Of a DNA stretch of 64,000 nt, positions 41,368 to 52,059 are shown in pieces. Both the position numbers and the translations under genes were made by a program. Origin of the DNA: an uncultured Holophagales bacterium (GTDB lineage Bacteria > Acidobacteriota > Thermoanaerobaculia > Multivoradales > UBA5704). Location of the stretch: NCBI GenBank assembly GCA_963842525.1, contig CAWJGT010000034.1:729294-793293 (forward strand). The letters are read 5' to 3'. The first letter of the stretch is position 1, and each line of letters starts with the position of its first letter. The notes below the pieces were generated by a model. The model was given only the letters and a program-made list of their open reading frames with translations, made no database searches and was not told the DNA's origin.

Positions 41368-42711
41368 ATGGAATCGATTCACGGGTTCGATTTTTTTCGG
41401 CTGAGATTCGACGCGGACGGCAAGCTGCAGGATGCACAGGCTTTCGAGCAGCTCAAGCAGCGCGCCAATGCGACAGGCGCCACGGACGCCGTCCTGATCG
41501 CGCACGGCTTCCGCAACGATGAAAACGACGCGACCGGGCTCTACACCCGATTCCTCGAGACGTTCCGGAAAAACCTGGGGAGACCGGAGCTTCAACCTGC
41601 GCTCGCTGCACGCAAGTTCGTCGTGGCCGGAATCTATTGGCCGTCCAAGGCCTTCCGGGAATCGTTCAATGAGGGCGAGGGATCGGTGCAGGGCCTGGAC
41701 GAAGAGCTGGCGCAGAAACAGGCCGCCAAGGCACAGCTCGAGGAGCTGAAGGCCGAGGCCACGTCCCCGGAACAGGCAGCGAAGATCGATCACGCGATCC
41801 AGTTGCTGGATGAATTGAAGGACGACAAGGCAGCGCAGGATCAATTCGTCGAGGACGTCTTGTCCCTGCTGGCAGGCGTCGAGGCGGACCCGACGGAAGG
41901 CCTCGAAGAAATTCGCGCCAAGGCGGGCTCGGAGCTCCTCGACGCGTTGGCGACTCCGATCATCCTCCCGACCGCGGGCGGCTCCGACGACGAAGGCGGC
42001 GCCGCGGCCGCCGGCTCGATGTTCGTCCCCGGGGAAGGTGGAACGCAAGGGCTCGGGTCCCTCTTCGGCTCGATCTTCGGACGCATCGGACAGTTCCTCA
42101 ATCTGACCACCTGGTACCTCATGAAGAACAGGTCCGGCATCGTCGGCGCGAAGGGCATGGCGAAGGCCGTCCGCGACCTCAAGGCGAGCCGGCCGAGCCT
42201 CAAGATCCAACTCGTGGGACACAGTCTCGGCGGCCGCCTGATGGCCGGCTGCGCGAAGTCTTTGGCCTCGCCGAAGCTGCAGCCGGACTCGCTCACGCTG
42301 CTGGAAGCCGCCTTCTCCCATTACGGCTTCAGCCCGGACAACGGTCACGGCACCGCCGGCTTCTTCCGCCCCGTGGTGAGCGAGAACGTGGTGCGTGGAC
42401 CGCTGGTCGCCACCTTCTCGGCGCTCGATACCGTGGTGGGAAAGGTCTACGCGATCGCGTCCCGCCTGGCGGGCGACAATGCCAAGGCGATCGGCGACGC
42501 GAACGATCCCTTCGGCGGTATCGGCCGCAACGGCGCCCAGAGAACCCAGGAAGCCGTCGTGGACCTGCTCCATCCCGTCGGCCAGGCATACCACTTCACC
42601 AGCGGGAAAGTGATCAACCTCGACGGCTCAGCCGGCCTGATCACCAATCACGGCGACGTCACGAACGACAAGGTCACCTACGCCTTTGCCTCGGCCGTGG
42701 CGCAGACGTAG
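41368..42711 (+). CDS. Alpha/beta-hydrolase-fold protein
   Basis: AHGF, GHSLG nucleophile elbow, C-terminal His (NHGD); AGGAG RBS. Confidence 0.75.
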   Translation: MESIHGFDFFRLRFDADGKLQDAQAFEQLKQRANATGATDAVLIAHGFRNDENDATGLYTRFLETFRKNLGRPELQPALAARKFVVAGIYWPSKAFRESFNEGEGSVQGLDEELAQKQAAKAQLEELKAEATSPEQAAKIDHAIQLLDELKDDKAAQDQFVEDVLSLLAGVEADPTEGLEEIRAKAGSELLDALATPIILPTAGGSDDEGGAAAAGSMFVPGEGGTQGLGSLFGSIFGRIGQFLNLTTWYLMKNRSGIVGAKGMAKAVRDLKASRPSLKIQLVGHSLGGRLMAGCAKSLASPKLQPDSLTLLEAAFSHYGFSPDNGHGTAGFFRPVVSENVVRGPLVATFSALDTVVGKVYAIASRLAGDNAKAIGDANDPFGGIGRNGAQRTQEAVVDLLHPVGQAYHFTSGKVINLDGSAGLITNHGDVTNDKVTYAFASAVAQT

Positions 42712-42735
42712 CTCGGGGAGGTGCCGGATGCCGCC

Positions 42736-43692
42736 TCACCCAATCCGCACCACGATCTTCCCCCGCACATGCCCGCTCTCACTTGCTTCGTGGGCTTGTC
42801 GGATTTGTTCCAACGGGAAGACCCGATCGATCACAGGACGTAGGCGGCCTCGGTCGATAAGGCCGCCCAGGAAGGCGAGGTTGTCGCCGCTCGGCCGGAC
42901 GCGGACCCAGCGCGAGCGGCGGGTGGTGCCGAAGAGGCCTGCGATCGAGCTGAAGATGCCCCGGAAGATGTCGGACGGTCCGGGCGTCGTGGTCACGTAG
43001 ACGCCGCCGTCCCCCAGGATCAGATCGCAATCCTGGAATGAGCTCTTCCCCACCGCGTCGAAGACGACGTCGAAGGTCTCGTCGTCGCGGGTGAAGTCCT
43101 CCTCCTTGTAATCGATGGTGCGCTCGGCTCCGAGCTCGCGCAGGAATTCCTGATTGCTCCCGCTGGCTACGGCCACGACGCGGGCGCCCAGGGCTGCGGC
43201 GATCTGGACCGCGAAATGGCCGACGCCTCCGGAGGCGCCGTTCACGAGCACCCGCTCGCCTTCGGCCAGCTCGCCCTTGTCGCGGAGGGCCTGGAGCGCC
43301 GTGAGCGCCGCGAGCGGAATGGCAGCGGCCTCTTCGAAGGTCAGCCGGTCCGGCTTCAGGGCCGCCGCGCTCTCCCCCACCACGGCGTGCTCGGCATAGC
43401 CGCCTCCGTGGCGCCCGTCGAGCATGGCGTAGACCAGGTCTCCCGGCTCGAAGCGGGAGACCTCCGGGCCGATCGCCTCCACCTCGCCGGCGACGTCGTA
43501 GCCGAGGATCAGCGGAAAGCGGGCCGGCAACACCATACGCAGGCTGCCCTTGCGGATCTTCCAGTCCACCGGGTTCACGCCCACCGCCCGCACCCGGACG
43601 AGGAGCTGTCCCGGGCCGGGTTGCGGCGTCTCGACCTCCGCGATACGGAACCGGTCCGCCCCGCCGTAGCCGTCGATCACTGCTGCTCTCAT
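42736..43692 (-). CDS. NAD(P)-dependent MDR/quinone oxidoreductase
   Basis: GVNPVDWK, GASGGVG, GKIVV. Confidence 0.92.
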   Translation of the reverse strand: MRAAVIDGYGGADRFRIAEVETPQPGPGQLLVRVRAVGVNPVDWKIRKGSLRMVLPARFPLILGYDVAGEVEAIGPEVSRFEPGDLVYAMLDGRHGGGYAEHAVVGESAAALKPDRLTFEEAAAIPLAALTALQALRDKGELAEGERVLVNGASGGVGHFAVQIAAALGARVVAVASGSNQEFLRELGAERTIDYKEEDFTRDDETFDVVFDAVGKSSFQDCDLILGDGGVYVTTTPGPSDIFRGIFSSIAGLFGTTRRSRWVRVRPSGDNLAFLGGLIDRGRLRPVIDRVFPLEQIRQAHEASESGHVRGKIVVRIG

Positions 43693-43818
43693 CGCGGTGC
43701 AATCTATCGAATGACAATTGTCAGGGGCAACTCGTGACCTCCGTGACTCTTGCAGCAGCACGGCTGCGGGCGAGACTCATAGTGTGAAACGATCCTGACG
43801 ACCACAAAGGATAAAACC

Positions 43819-45648
43819 ATGAACCGATTCGGAGCTTTCCTCGTCGCTTTCCTGACCCTGTCCCTGGCGTGCGGCCCGAGCGCCGCGGACCAAGCGCAGA
43901 CGGCTGGCACCCCCGCAGCCTTCGCCATCACCAATGCCCGGATTTTCGACGGCACCCGGATGCTCGGCAAGGGGACCGTGGTGGTCCGCGGCGGCAAGAT
44001 CGAAGCCGTAGGGACGGACGTCAAGGTCCCCGAAGGGGCCGCGACGATCGACGCCGGCGGCGGGACCCTGCTGCCCGGCCTGATCGACTGTCACGTCCAC
44101 ACCTGGGGCGACGCGCTGGTGCGGGCCCTTGTCTTCGGAGTCACCAGCGAGCTCGACATGTTCGCCTCCCCGGACCTTTCCCGGGTCCTGCGCGCCGAGC
44201 AGGCCCGGCCCGAAGGCGCTCCCGGCCGCGCCGACCACTTCAGCGCCGGGTATCTGGCGACCGCACCCGGCGGGCACGGCACCCAGTTCGGGCTGCCGGT
44301 CCCGACGCTCACCAAGCCCGAGGAGGCCCAGGCCTGGGTGGACGGCCGCACCGCCGAGGGCTCAGACTACATCAAGATCGTCTCCGAGGACGGCGCGGCC
44401 TACAACCGGACGAGGCCGTCGCTCGACCGCGCGACCATCACGGCCCTGATCAAGGCTGCCCACAGCCGCGGCAAGCTCGCCGTGGTCCATGTCAGCACCG
44501 CGGAAAGGGCCCGGCAGGCGATCGAGGACGGCGCCGACGGGCTCGTCCACCTCTTCACGGACAAGGCGCCGGACGCGGGGTTCGCCCGCCTCGTAGCGGA
44601 CAAGAAGGCCTTCGTCGTCCCCACCATGATCGTGCTGGAGGCCACGAACGGGGTCGCGGGCGGCCGTTCCCTGCCTGCGGACCTCCGCCTGAAGCCCTAC
44701 CTGACCGTCGACGAGAGCACGAACCTCCAACGGTCCTTCCCGTCGCACACCGAGGGCGGCATGCAGATCGCACGGGACACCGTGCGCCAGCTCCGCGCCG
44801 CCGGTGTGCCGATCCTCGCCGGCAGCGACGCGCCGAACCCCGGGACGGCTCACGGCGCGGCGCTCCACCGCGAGCTCGAATTACTGGTCGAGGCCGGGCT
44901 CACGCCGGTCGAGGCGCTGGCGGCGGCCACGTCCGTCCCGGCCAAGGCCTTCCGTCTGGCCGATCGCGGCCGGATCGCTCCGGGCCTGCGCGCCGATCTG
45001 GTGCTGGTGGCCGGCGATCCGACGACCGACGTCACGGCGACCCGCAACATCGTCCGCATCTGGAAGGGGGGTGTGCCCTTCGAGAGGCCGTTGGCGCCGC
45101 AGCCCGTGGCCGCCGAGGCGCCATCCGCCCCCGCCGGCGCGGCGGATGGCCAGATCAGCGACTTCGAGGACGGCACCCCCGCAGTCCGGTTCGGCATGGT
45201 CTGGCAGGACTCGACCGACTCCATCCGCGGCGGCGCCTCGGTGGTGCGCAAGGAGGTCGTGGAAGGCGGCGCGGACAGCAAGCGGGCGCTGGAGATCTCG
45301 GGCGAGCTGAAGCCGGGCTTCGACTTCCCCTGGGCCGGCGTGATCTTCTTCCCTGGCGACCGCCCCATGGCCCCGGCGGACCTGTCTACGGCGCAGGCCC
45401 TGGAATTCTGGGCCAAGGGCGAGGGCAAGACCTATCAGGTGATGTTCTTTGCCAGCAGCCTGGGGATGATGCCGGGCCTGAAGTCCTTCACGGCCGGTCC
45501 CGAGTGGCAGCGCATCACCGTCCCGCTGACCGACTTCCCGGGCCTCGATCCGAAGGGGGTCATGGGCATCTACATCGGCGCCGGCGCCGACCTCGGCGCG
45601 TTCCGCCTCTGGATCGACAACGTGCGGCTGGTGCCGGCGGCGAAGTAA
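43819..45648 (+). CDS. Secreted or lipoprotein amidohydrolase with C-terminal CIA30-like carbohydrate-binding domain
   Basis: PGLIDCHVH, AGSDA, GRIAPGLRADLVLV; C-terminal ISDFE...LWIDNVRL. Confidence 0.88.
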   Translation: MNRFGAFLVAFLTLSLACGPSAADQAQTAGTPAAFAITNARIFDGTRMLGKGTVVVRGGKIEAVGTDVKVPEGAATIDAGGGTLLPGLIDCHVHTWGDALVRALVFGVTSELDMFASPDLSRVLRAEQARPEGAPGRADHFSAGYLATAPGGHGTQFGLPVPTLTKPEEAQAWVDGRTAEGSDYIKIVSEDGAAYNRTRPSLDRATITALIKAAHSRGKLAVVHVSTAERARQAIEDGADGLVHLFTDKAPDAGFARLVADKKAFVVPTMIVLEATNGVAGGRSLPADLRLKPYLTVDESTNLQRSFPSHTEGGMQIARDTVRQLRAAGVPILAGSDAPNPGTAHGAALHRELELLVEAGLTPVEALAAATSVPAKAFRLADRGRIAPGLRADLVLVAGDPTTDVTATRNIVRIWKGGVPFERPLAPQPVAAEAPSAPAGAADGQISDFEDGTPAVRFGMVWQDSTDSIRGGASVVRKEVVEGGADSKRALEISGELKPGFDFPWAGVIFFPGDRPMAPADLSTAQALEFWAKGEGKTYQVMFFASSLGMMPGLKSFTAGPEWQRITVPLTDFPGLDPKGVMGIYIGAGADLGAFRLWIDNVRLVPAAK

Positions 45649-45709
45649 ACCCTCACCCCCCTGGCCCCCCTCTCTCCGCACTCCCTGCCCCCGGGAGAGG
45701 GGGAAAAGG
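45649..45709. repeat. REP-like element (CCCTCACCCC...GGGAGAGGGGG)
   Basis: Shares CCTCACCCCCTGGCCCCC..TCTC and GGGAGAGGGGGAA with 52060-52116; lies between convergent genes. Confidence 0.65.
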
Positions 45710-48028
45710 CTAGAAGGCAATGGGAGGGAGACAGGCGTCGGGGATGCCGAACGCGTCGACCAGCGGCAGGGCGTGGCTGCGGACCTCGGCGCACAGCCGG
45801 TCGACCAGAGAGCGGATCGCCTTGGTCTTGTTGCCCTCCATGTGGCCCGTCTCCAGGAACCAGCCGCGGTCCGCCTCGATACGCCACAAGGCAAAGAGAT
45901 CGCGCAGGGTCTCCAGGATCCTGCGCAGCTCCCCCTCCTCCACACCGCCCACCGCCGCGACGAACCGCTCCAGGATCACCCGCTCGACATAGGCATTGGC
46001 GAGCCGGAGCAGGTGGTCCTGGCACTCCTGGAAGGCGCTGAAGGAGTCGGTCCCCTTTTTGATGCGGGTTTCGAGGCGCCGCGCCGCCGACACCAGCAGA
46101 TGCTGCTCGCGGTGGCGCAGGGCGGCGAGCTGAAACTCCGGGTCCCGCAGGTGCTCCTCGCTCGTATTGCGGGCAAGGATCGGATTGAGGTCGGCCAGGA
46201 CCAGAGCGGCGCGCGAGGCGATGTAGCGCAATAGGGTGGCGGCGTTCAGATCGTGGAACTGGTCACGATACTGTGTGAGGCACCCCTTGGCCACGAGCTG
46301 CATCAGGACGGTGTTGTCCCCCTCGAAGGTGGTGAAGACGTCGGTGTCGGCCTTGAGAGCAGGCAGGCGGTTGACGGTCAGATAACCCTGGCCGCCGCAG
46401 CACTCCCGGCAGTTCTGCAGGGTCTCGACGGTCTGCCAGGAAGCCCATGCCTTGAGCCCGGCGGCGAGCCCCTCGACCTCGCGGGCGTCCTGCTCGGTCC
46501 GCGCCAGGTAGCGCCGCACCAGGTCCTTGTGAGCGAAGTCCAGGGCATAGCAGGCGGCGAGGCGCGGCATCAGGCGGCGCTGGTGCGAGGGGTAGTCGAG
46601 GAGGACCACCTCGGGCCGGCCCGGCGGACCGAACTGCCGGCGCCGGCTGCCGTAGCGGACGGCGATCGCCAGCCCCGATTTGGCAGCCGACAGGGCCGCG
46701 GCGGCCACGCTGATGCGCCCACCCACCAGGGTGCCGAGCATGGTGAAGAAGCGGCGGGACGAGCTGCTGATCGGGCTGCTGTAGACCCCTTCCGCGCTCA
46801 CCGAGGCGAACCGGTCGAGGAGGTTCTCCCGCGGCACCCGCACGTGGTCGAACGTCAAGCGGCCGTTGTCGACCCCTTCGAGCCCCTCCTTGCCGCCGCA
46901 GTCCTCGATATGGACGCCCGGCGCGGGAGCACCATCGGCGCCGCGGATCGGGACCAGGAAGGCGTGCACGCCCTGCGGCTCGCCGCCCACCTCGAGCTGC
47001 GCGAACACGGTGGCCATGCGGCCGTGCAGGGCCGCGTTGCCAATCCAGTCCTTGCGCGCCAGGGGATCGGGCGTATGCAGGACGAAATCGCCGGCCGCCG
47101 GATCAAACCGCACCGCGGTCTGCAGGTCGGCCACGTTGGAGCCATGGCCGGTCTCCGACATGGCGAAGCAGCCGGGAAGGTCGAGCGTCCCCACCTCCCG
47201 CAGGTAGGCGTCATGGTGGCGCGCGGTGCCGAGCTGTTGGATGCTGCCGCCGAAAAGCCCGAACTGGACTCCGAACTTGACCAGCAGACCGAGGTCGCCG
47301 AACGCGAGGGTCTCGAACGCGGCGATGAACCGCCCGAGATCGCCGCCGCCCCCCTGCTCCACCGGGTAGCCGAGAGCTCCCAGGCCGTAACCGGCCAGCT
47401 CGCGGCACCAGGCCAGGACCTGCTCGCGATAGGCCGCGCGGTCGAGCTCACGATGTCCGGCAAAAGCGGGGCTCGCAATCAGTGTGCGGACCTTGTCGCG
47501 CACATCGCCATAGGGCGCATCGAGAAAGGCCTGGAGAGAGCGCGGGTCGAACGCCGGCCGGGCTTCCTCCTCGGCGGTCTCCGGCTGCGGCCGGCCGGCA
47601 TCGAGGAGCCGGAGGGCGGCCTCGGGCGTCGCCAATCCCAAAGACCGCTCGATTCCTGTGAGCGCCGCCCAGATGCCCGGGCCCGGCTCGGGCTCACCGG
47701 GAGCGATCTGGCGGGCCAGCTCGAGGCCGAGTCCGGCAAGAGAAAGAGAGCCTGTGTCCGGGAGCTTCTCCGCCGCAACGCGCAGCGCTCCCAGGATCCG
47801 GCGCAGCCGCGCGGCGGGAGGCGGGCTCGCGGGATCGAGCCACGGCCGCAGGAGGTCACGGAGACCGCCGTCCAGAAGCCCGAGCCAGGTCGAGATCCCT
47901 GCGACTTCGGCCGGCGTCAGCTCTCCGTCTGCCCAAGCCGCGCAGAGCACCGGCAGGAACGGCGCCACCGCCCGGTCCTCCGGCGCCAATCTCAGAGCCT
48001 CCGGCAGTGCTTTGTCGCTCTCGGCCAT
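45710..48028 (-). CDS. Acyl-CoA oxidase/dehydrogenase with N-terminal helical extension
   Basis: GCFAMSETGHGSNV, GVDNG, CRECCGGQGY, TTFEGDNTVL. Confidence 0.9.
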   Translation of the reverse strand: MAESDKALPEALRLAPEDRAVAPFLPVLCAAWADGELTPAEVAGISTWLGLLDGGLRDLLRPWLDPASPPPAARLRRILGALRVAAEKLPDTGSLSLAGLGLELARQIAPGEPEPGPGIWAALTGIERSLGLATPEAALRLLDAGRPQPETAEEEARPAFDPRSLQAFLDAPYGDVRDKVRTLIASPAFAGHRELDRAAYREQVLAWCRELAGYGLGALGYPVEQGGGGDLGRFIAAFETLAFGDLGLLVKFGVQFGLFGGSIQQLGTARHHDAYLREVGTLDLPGCFAMSETGHGSNVADLQTAVRFDPAAGDFVLHTPDPLARKDWIGNAALHGRMATVFAQLEVGGEPQGVHAFLVPIRGADGAPAPGVHIEDCGGKEGLEGVDNGRLTFDHVRVPRENLLDRFASVSAEGVYSSPISSSSRRFFTMLGTLVGGRISVAAAALSAAKSGLAIAVRYGSRRRQFGPPGRPEVVLLDYPSHQRRLMPRLAACYALDFAHKDLVRRYLARTEQDAREVEGLAAGLKAWASWQTVETLQNCRECCGGQGYLTVNRLPALKADTDVFTTFEGDNTVLMQLVAKGCLTQYRDQFHDLNAATLLRYIASRAALVLADLNPILARNTSEEHLRDPEFQLAALRHREQHLLVSAARRLETRIKKGTDSFSAFQECQDHLLRLANAYVERVILERFVAAVGGVEEGELRRILETLRDLFALWRIEADRGWFLETGHMEGNKTKAIRSLVDRLCAEVRSHALPLVDAFGIPDACLPPIAF

Positions 48029-48106
48029 GCACCGGGAAGTCTACACCCGAGGCCGTCTCCGCCTGGATGGGACAGCCTGCTAGAATGAGGATTCGCGGAG
48101 GCGCCC

Positions 48107-48343
48107 ATGGCCGTCGATCTATCCATCCGAAACGTTCCCGACACGCTCTTGACCCGCTTGCAGGATCGGGCTGCTCGCCAAAACCGCTCGCTGGAAGGCG
48201 AGCTCCTGGCGATCCTGGAAGGTGCGGTGGCCGAATCGGCCCGGCTGACGCCGGACCAGGTTCTGGCTCGCGTGAAGGCTCTCGGGCTCCAGACTCCTCG
48301 CGAGTCTGTGGCCATGCTCCGCGAAGACCGGGATGCCCGTTAA
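48107..48343 (+). CDS. FitA/Arc-like ribbon-helix-helix antitoxin
   Basis: LSIRNVPD...RAARQNRSLEGEL...LREDRDAR. Confidence 0.85.
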   Translation: MAVDLSIRNVPDTLLTRLQDRAARQNRSLEGELLAILEGAVAESARLTPDQVLARVKALGLQTPRESVAMLREDRDAR

Positions 48344-48626
48344 GGTCGTCGACGCTTCCGCCTTGGCAGCGCTTGTCTTCGGAGAGCCGGATGCGGAAAT
48401 AGTAGCGGCTCGTCTCGAAGACGCCACACTGATGGTTCCTCCAATTTTTCGTACAGAGCTCGCCAACATCTGTTGGAAGAAGCTCCGTCGTCATCCTGAG
48501 CGGCGCGAAGTGCTCCTTAGCATGGAGGCCCACATGATGGTGCATACCGTGGGAGAGATCGCGCTCTTTCCCTACGACTTCACGCCCCAGGCGATGTCCA
48601 CCAGAGCTGCTCAGGCCAGGCCGTAG
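48333..48626 (+). pseudogene. vapC: VapC PIN toxin, C-terminally truncated
   Basis: VVDASAL, ELAN; diverges after about residue 62 and lacks the second half of the PIN domain. Confidence 0.65.
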
Positions 48627-49235
48627 CCGAGATCTCGGGCGACACTGGCGAGGACGGACAGCAGGGCGGGATCGATCAATGGCCGATGAAAGACGGGAGT
48701 GCTCGCAAGCGCTCCACCCGCCCTCTCGTAGAGGGCTACGGCGGGACGGTTCGCGTGCATGGAAGAGGGGTAGAAGTGGCCCTCGATCTCCGGATAAGCC
48801 TCGTAGATCGTCCGCGACCAGCGCTGTGCGCGGGGCCGTGGTCCGGCGCTCAGGAGCATGGAGGCTCCCGCTCGGGTCGGCCAGGTGCCTGTCAGATCCA
48901 GCAAGGTGACGGGCCGCCGAAGCTCGAAACCAGCGAGCCAGGGGAGCTCTCGCGGACCGGTCGATCAACCGCGTGTCCTGGAAGGCCTCGGCCAGACAGG
49001 TCGACCCGACCTCGGCAGCGTAGAGGATGCGCCGGACTTGAAGCCGCGGCGGAGGCAGTTGGTGATCGAAGCGGCTCCCTGTCGGACCAAAAGCTCGAAA
49101 CGCGTTCCAGAACGTCGGGTGAGGACCTCTTCGAAAATAGAGGCGCCAGAGGATCGATCCGGCGGGCAGGACCCGCGGCTGAGGAGAGACCTTCGCGAGA
49201 TCCTCGACGGAAGGAGGCTCAGGGAACTTTGACAA
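48611..49235 (-). CDS. RES-domain toxin (frameshift near 48942)
   Basis: LWRLY, GSRFDH, ILYAA, LAEAFQ, YPSS, ALYER. Confidence 0.85.
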
Positions 49236-49245
49236 GTTGGAGAGC

Positions 49246-49855
49246 CTAGAGATCAGCCGCCAGATCGGCGACGGGCTGGACAGGGAGACCGAAGAGGAGC
49301 CAGTCCCGCGGGCTCAGGCTGCGGCTCTCGTCCTCCACCATCAGGTCAGGATTTGGGGTGGTGAACCAGCGATGAACCGCAACGGGATGGAGCTCCGGGT
49401 CGAGACGGGCTACCACATCACCGATCCCCGGGATCAGCCGATCGCCGTCGAACTGGAGGCTCGGGCACCACCCAGCCCGATTCGAGACGGATCCCATATA
49501 GGCTCGGCGGTTGCGAGGTCAGGCGCTGGCGGATGCGGCTCGGGTCGACCCCGAGCTTCTGGGCTGCCATGGCTGTGGTGAGGCTTCCTCTGAGAATAGC
49601 TGCGAGCTCAGCGGCCGTCCGGGCAAGCGGATCGTCCGCTCCGAGATCCTCCGGTTCCAGCACGAAGCCGCCGCGCTGTAGAGCCTCAGCCTCGCCTTCC
49701 GTCAGATCGGCACGGGGATCCTCCGGGTAGAGAGTCTGGTGCAGGCGGAGGATGGCCTCCTTCATCATCTCGTCAAGCACGCCCGGGGAAACCCGGATTC
49801 CATAGGAATGGAGGAACGCGACAGTAGGATCGACCTTCAACTTGCGGCGCATCAT
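49246..49855 (-). CDS. Antitoxin partner of the RES toxin (HTH; frameshift near 49459)
   Basis: AAQKLGVDPSRIRQRL HTH; C-terminal WFTTPNPDL...SPRDWL. Confidence 0.75.
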
Positions 49856-49966
49856 CCCTCCTTCTCACGCTCACTCACGCCGTGAGCCTGCGAGAAGGAT
49901 ACCATAACCAACTCATCCTCCATGCACCCTTCGGTCAACGGCTTACCCATGCTAGCCTTCCCCACC

Positions 49967-50671
49967 ATGCCCAAGCGACTCCTCCTGGTCAGCACGTCGA
50001 CGACGTACGGCACGGGGTACCTTGACCACTGCGAGGACGAGGTCCGAAACCTGCTGGGACCCGTCCGGCGGCTGGTTTTCGTGCCCTATGCGCTGTTCCA
50101 TTACGACGCCTACACCGCGAAGGCCCGCGAGCGGTTTGGCCGGATGGGGTACGAGCTGACCTCGGTCCACGAGGTCGAGGACCCCGCGGAGTTGGTGCGG
50201 TCGGCCGAAGCGCTCTTCATCGGCGGCGGCAACACCTTCCGCCTGCTGACCCGGCTTTACGAGAAGGGCCTGCTGCGGCCGATCCGCGAACGGGTCGAAG
50301 GGGGCATGCCCTATCTGGGCGCGAGTGCGGGCTCGAACGTGGCCTGCGCGACAATCAAGACCACCAACGACATACCGATCGTCGAGCCGCCCAGCTTCGA
50401 CGCCCTCGGCCTCGTGCCCTTCAACATCAATCCGCATTATCTCGATCCTGACCCTGCTTCAAAGCATATGGGCGAGACCCGCGAGGAGCGGATCGTCCAG
50501 TTCCTCGAGGAGAACGACAACACGGTCATCGGCCTCCGCGAAGGCGCCATGCTGCGGATCGAAGGATCGACCGTGACCCTCAAGGGGCATGCGGGAGCAA
50601 GGATCTTCCGGCGCGGCCAGGTACCCCTGGAGCACCAGCCGGGGGATTCTCTGGACTTTCTGCTGGCGTAA
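49967..50671 (+). CDS. pepE: Dipeptidase E (S51)
   Basis: GGGNTF, GASAGSN, INPHY, HMGETREERI. Confidence 0.93.
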   Translation: MPKRLLLVSTSTTYGTGYLDHCEDEVRNLLGPVRRLVFVPYALFHYDAYTAKARERFGRMGYELTSVHEVEDPAELVRSAEALFIGGGNTFRLLTRLYEKGLLRPIRERVEGGMPYLGASAGSNVACATIKTTNDIPIVEPPSFDALGLVPFNINPHYLDPDPASKHMGETREERIVQFLEENDNTVIGLREGAMLRIEGSTVTLKGHAGARIFRRGQVPLEHQPGDSLDFLLA

Positions 50672-50798
50672 TTCAGCGGTTGTCCGGGAAGTCGTCTTTG
50701 TCCTCTGGAGAGGACAACTTCAAAACTCAGAATCCCCGCTTCCGAGGAGAGATGATGCCGCCAGGGACCCGGTATGACCTGTGAATAGAGCCCGCAAT

Positions 50799-52058
50799 AT
50801 GAAAGTTTTTGCTCGTTTCCTCTTCCTATCCCTGCTCTCGCTGTACCCGGCGTCCGAAGCCCTGGCCGAGCCTCAGGAAGTGGGCGGCATCCTCTCCCTG
50901 GCGGTCGATGGCACCGATACCAACTACGCTCCCGCCGTGGCCTCCGACTCCCAGGGCGATTACGTGGTCGTGTGGGACCGCTTTCTCGACCAGGAAGGAA
51001 GCCGGGCCGAGGTCGTCTTCCGCAAGTACGAGTCCGGCAACAAGCCCCTCAGCGCGCGCCGTGAAGTCAACCAGTACCGGACCGGATGGCAGCATGATCA
51101 CGATGTGGCCATGAACGGCTCCGGGTTGTTCGCCGTCTCCTGGGTCAGCAACGACCAGGACGGGTCCGGCCCCGGCGTCTACGCCCGCCTCTATGCGGGA
51201 CGCAAGCCGGTCACCGGCGAGATCAGGGTCCCCACCAGCGTGGCTGGGAGCCAGCGGTTTCCCCGCGTCGCGATTGACCGGGCCGGCAATTTCGTCGTGG
51301 TCTGGGAGTCCCCGGGCTCGGCCCCTGACGCGCTCTTCGACATCCTGGCCCGCCGGTTCGAACAAGACCGGCAAGCCTCTCGGCAAGCCCTACCGGGTCA
51401 ACACCCACGTTACCAGTTGGCAGACCGATGCTGCCGTGGCCATGCGGCCCGACGGCCGGCACGTGGTGGTCTGGAGGAGCTGGAACCAGGCCGGGCCCGG
51501 AGCAGGCATCTACGCACGGCGCTTCGACGCGCAGGGGCGGCCTCTGGGAGGCGAGATCCGCATCCACCAGAGCGCCATCCCCAGCTTCACCACCCATCCG
51601 GCGGTGGCGATCGGCCCGGACGGCGGATTCGCCGTGGCTTGGGACCGTTGCGACACCTCGGATTTCCTGGCGGGATGCACCGTGCTCGTCCGGCGCTACG
51701 ATGCCTCCGGCCGTCCCCTCTCCGGCGAGACGCAGGTGAGCTTCGAGGACACGGACCGGCACGTCGAGCCCAAGGTGGCGTTCGCCGGCAACGGCAGCTT
51801 CGCCGTCACCTGGGACCTCTGCCAGAGCGACTCGGAAGGCCAGAATCACGGCTGCCGGATCGCCACCCGGTTCTATGACCGGCAGGGCCGTCCGTACTCG
51901 CATGTCCCGGTCGTCGACTCGACCATCAACCTGCGCTCCCCGTCCATCACGGCCCTGGGCGACGACTTCCTGGTGGCCTGGTACAGCGAGGCCTGCGACA
52001 GCGCCAGTTGCGGCACCGGGCCCGAAGGCGTGTTCGCCAGCGGTATAGGGTGGAGTAA
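50799..52058 (+). CDS. Secreted beta-repeat (propeller-like) protein (indels near 51361 and 52037)
   Basis: Signal peptide; repeated P.VA...G.FVVVW...ARRFD..G.P...E..V units. Confidence 0.75.
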
Positions 52059-52059
52059 A

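Noticed and set aside
48489-48510. REP-like GTCATCCTGAGCG inside vapC
   Set aside because: Encodes in-frame RHPERRE within the PIN domain and lacks the partner arm; likely coincidence.
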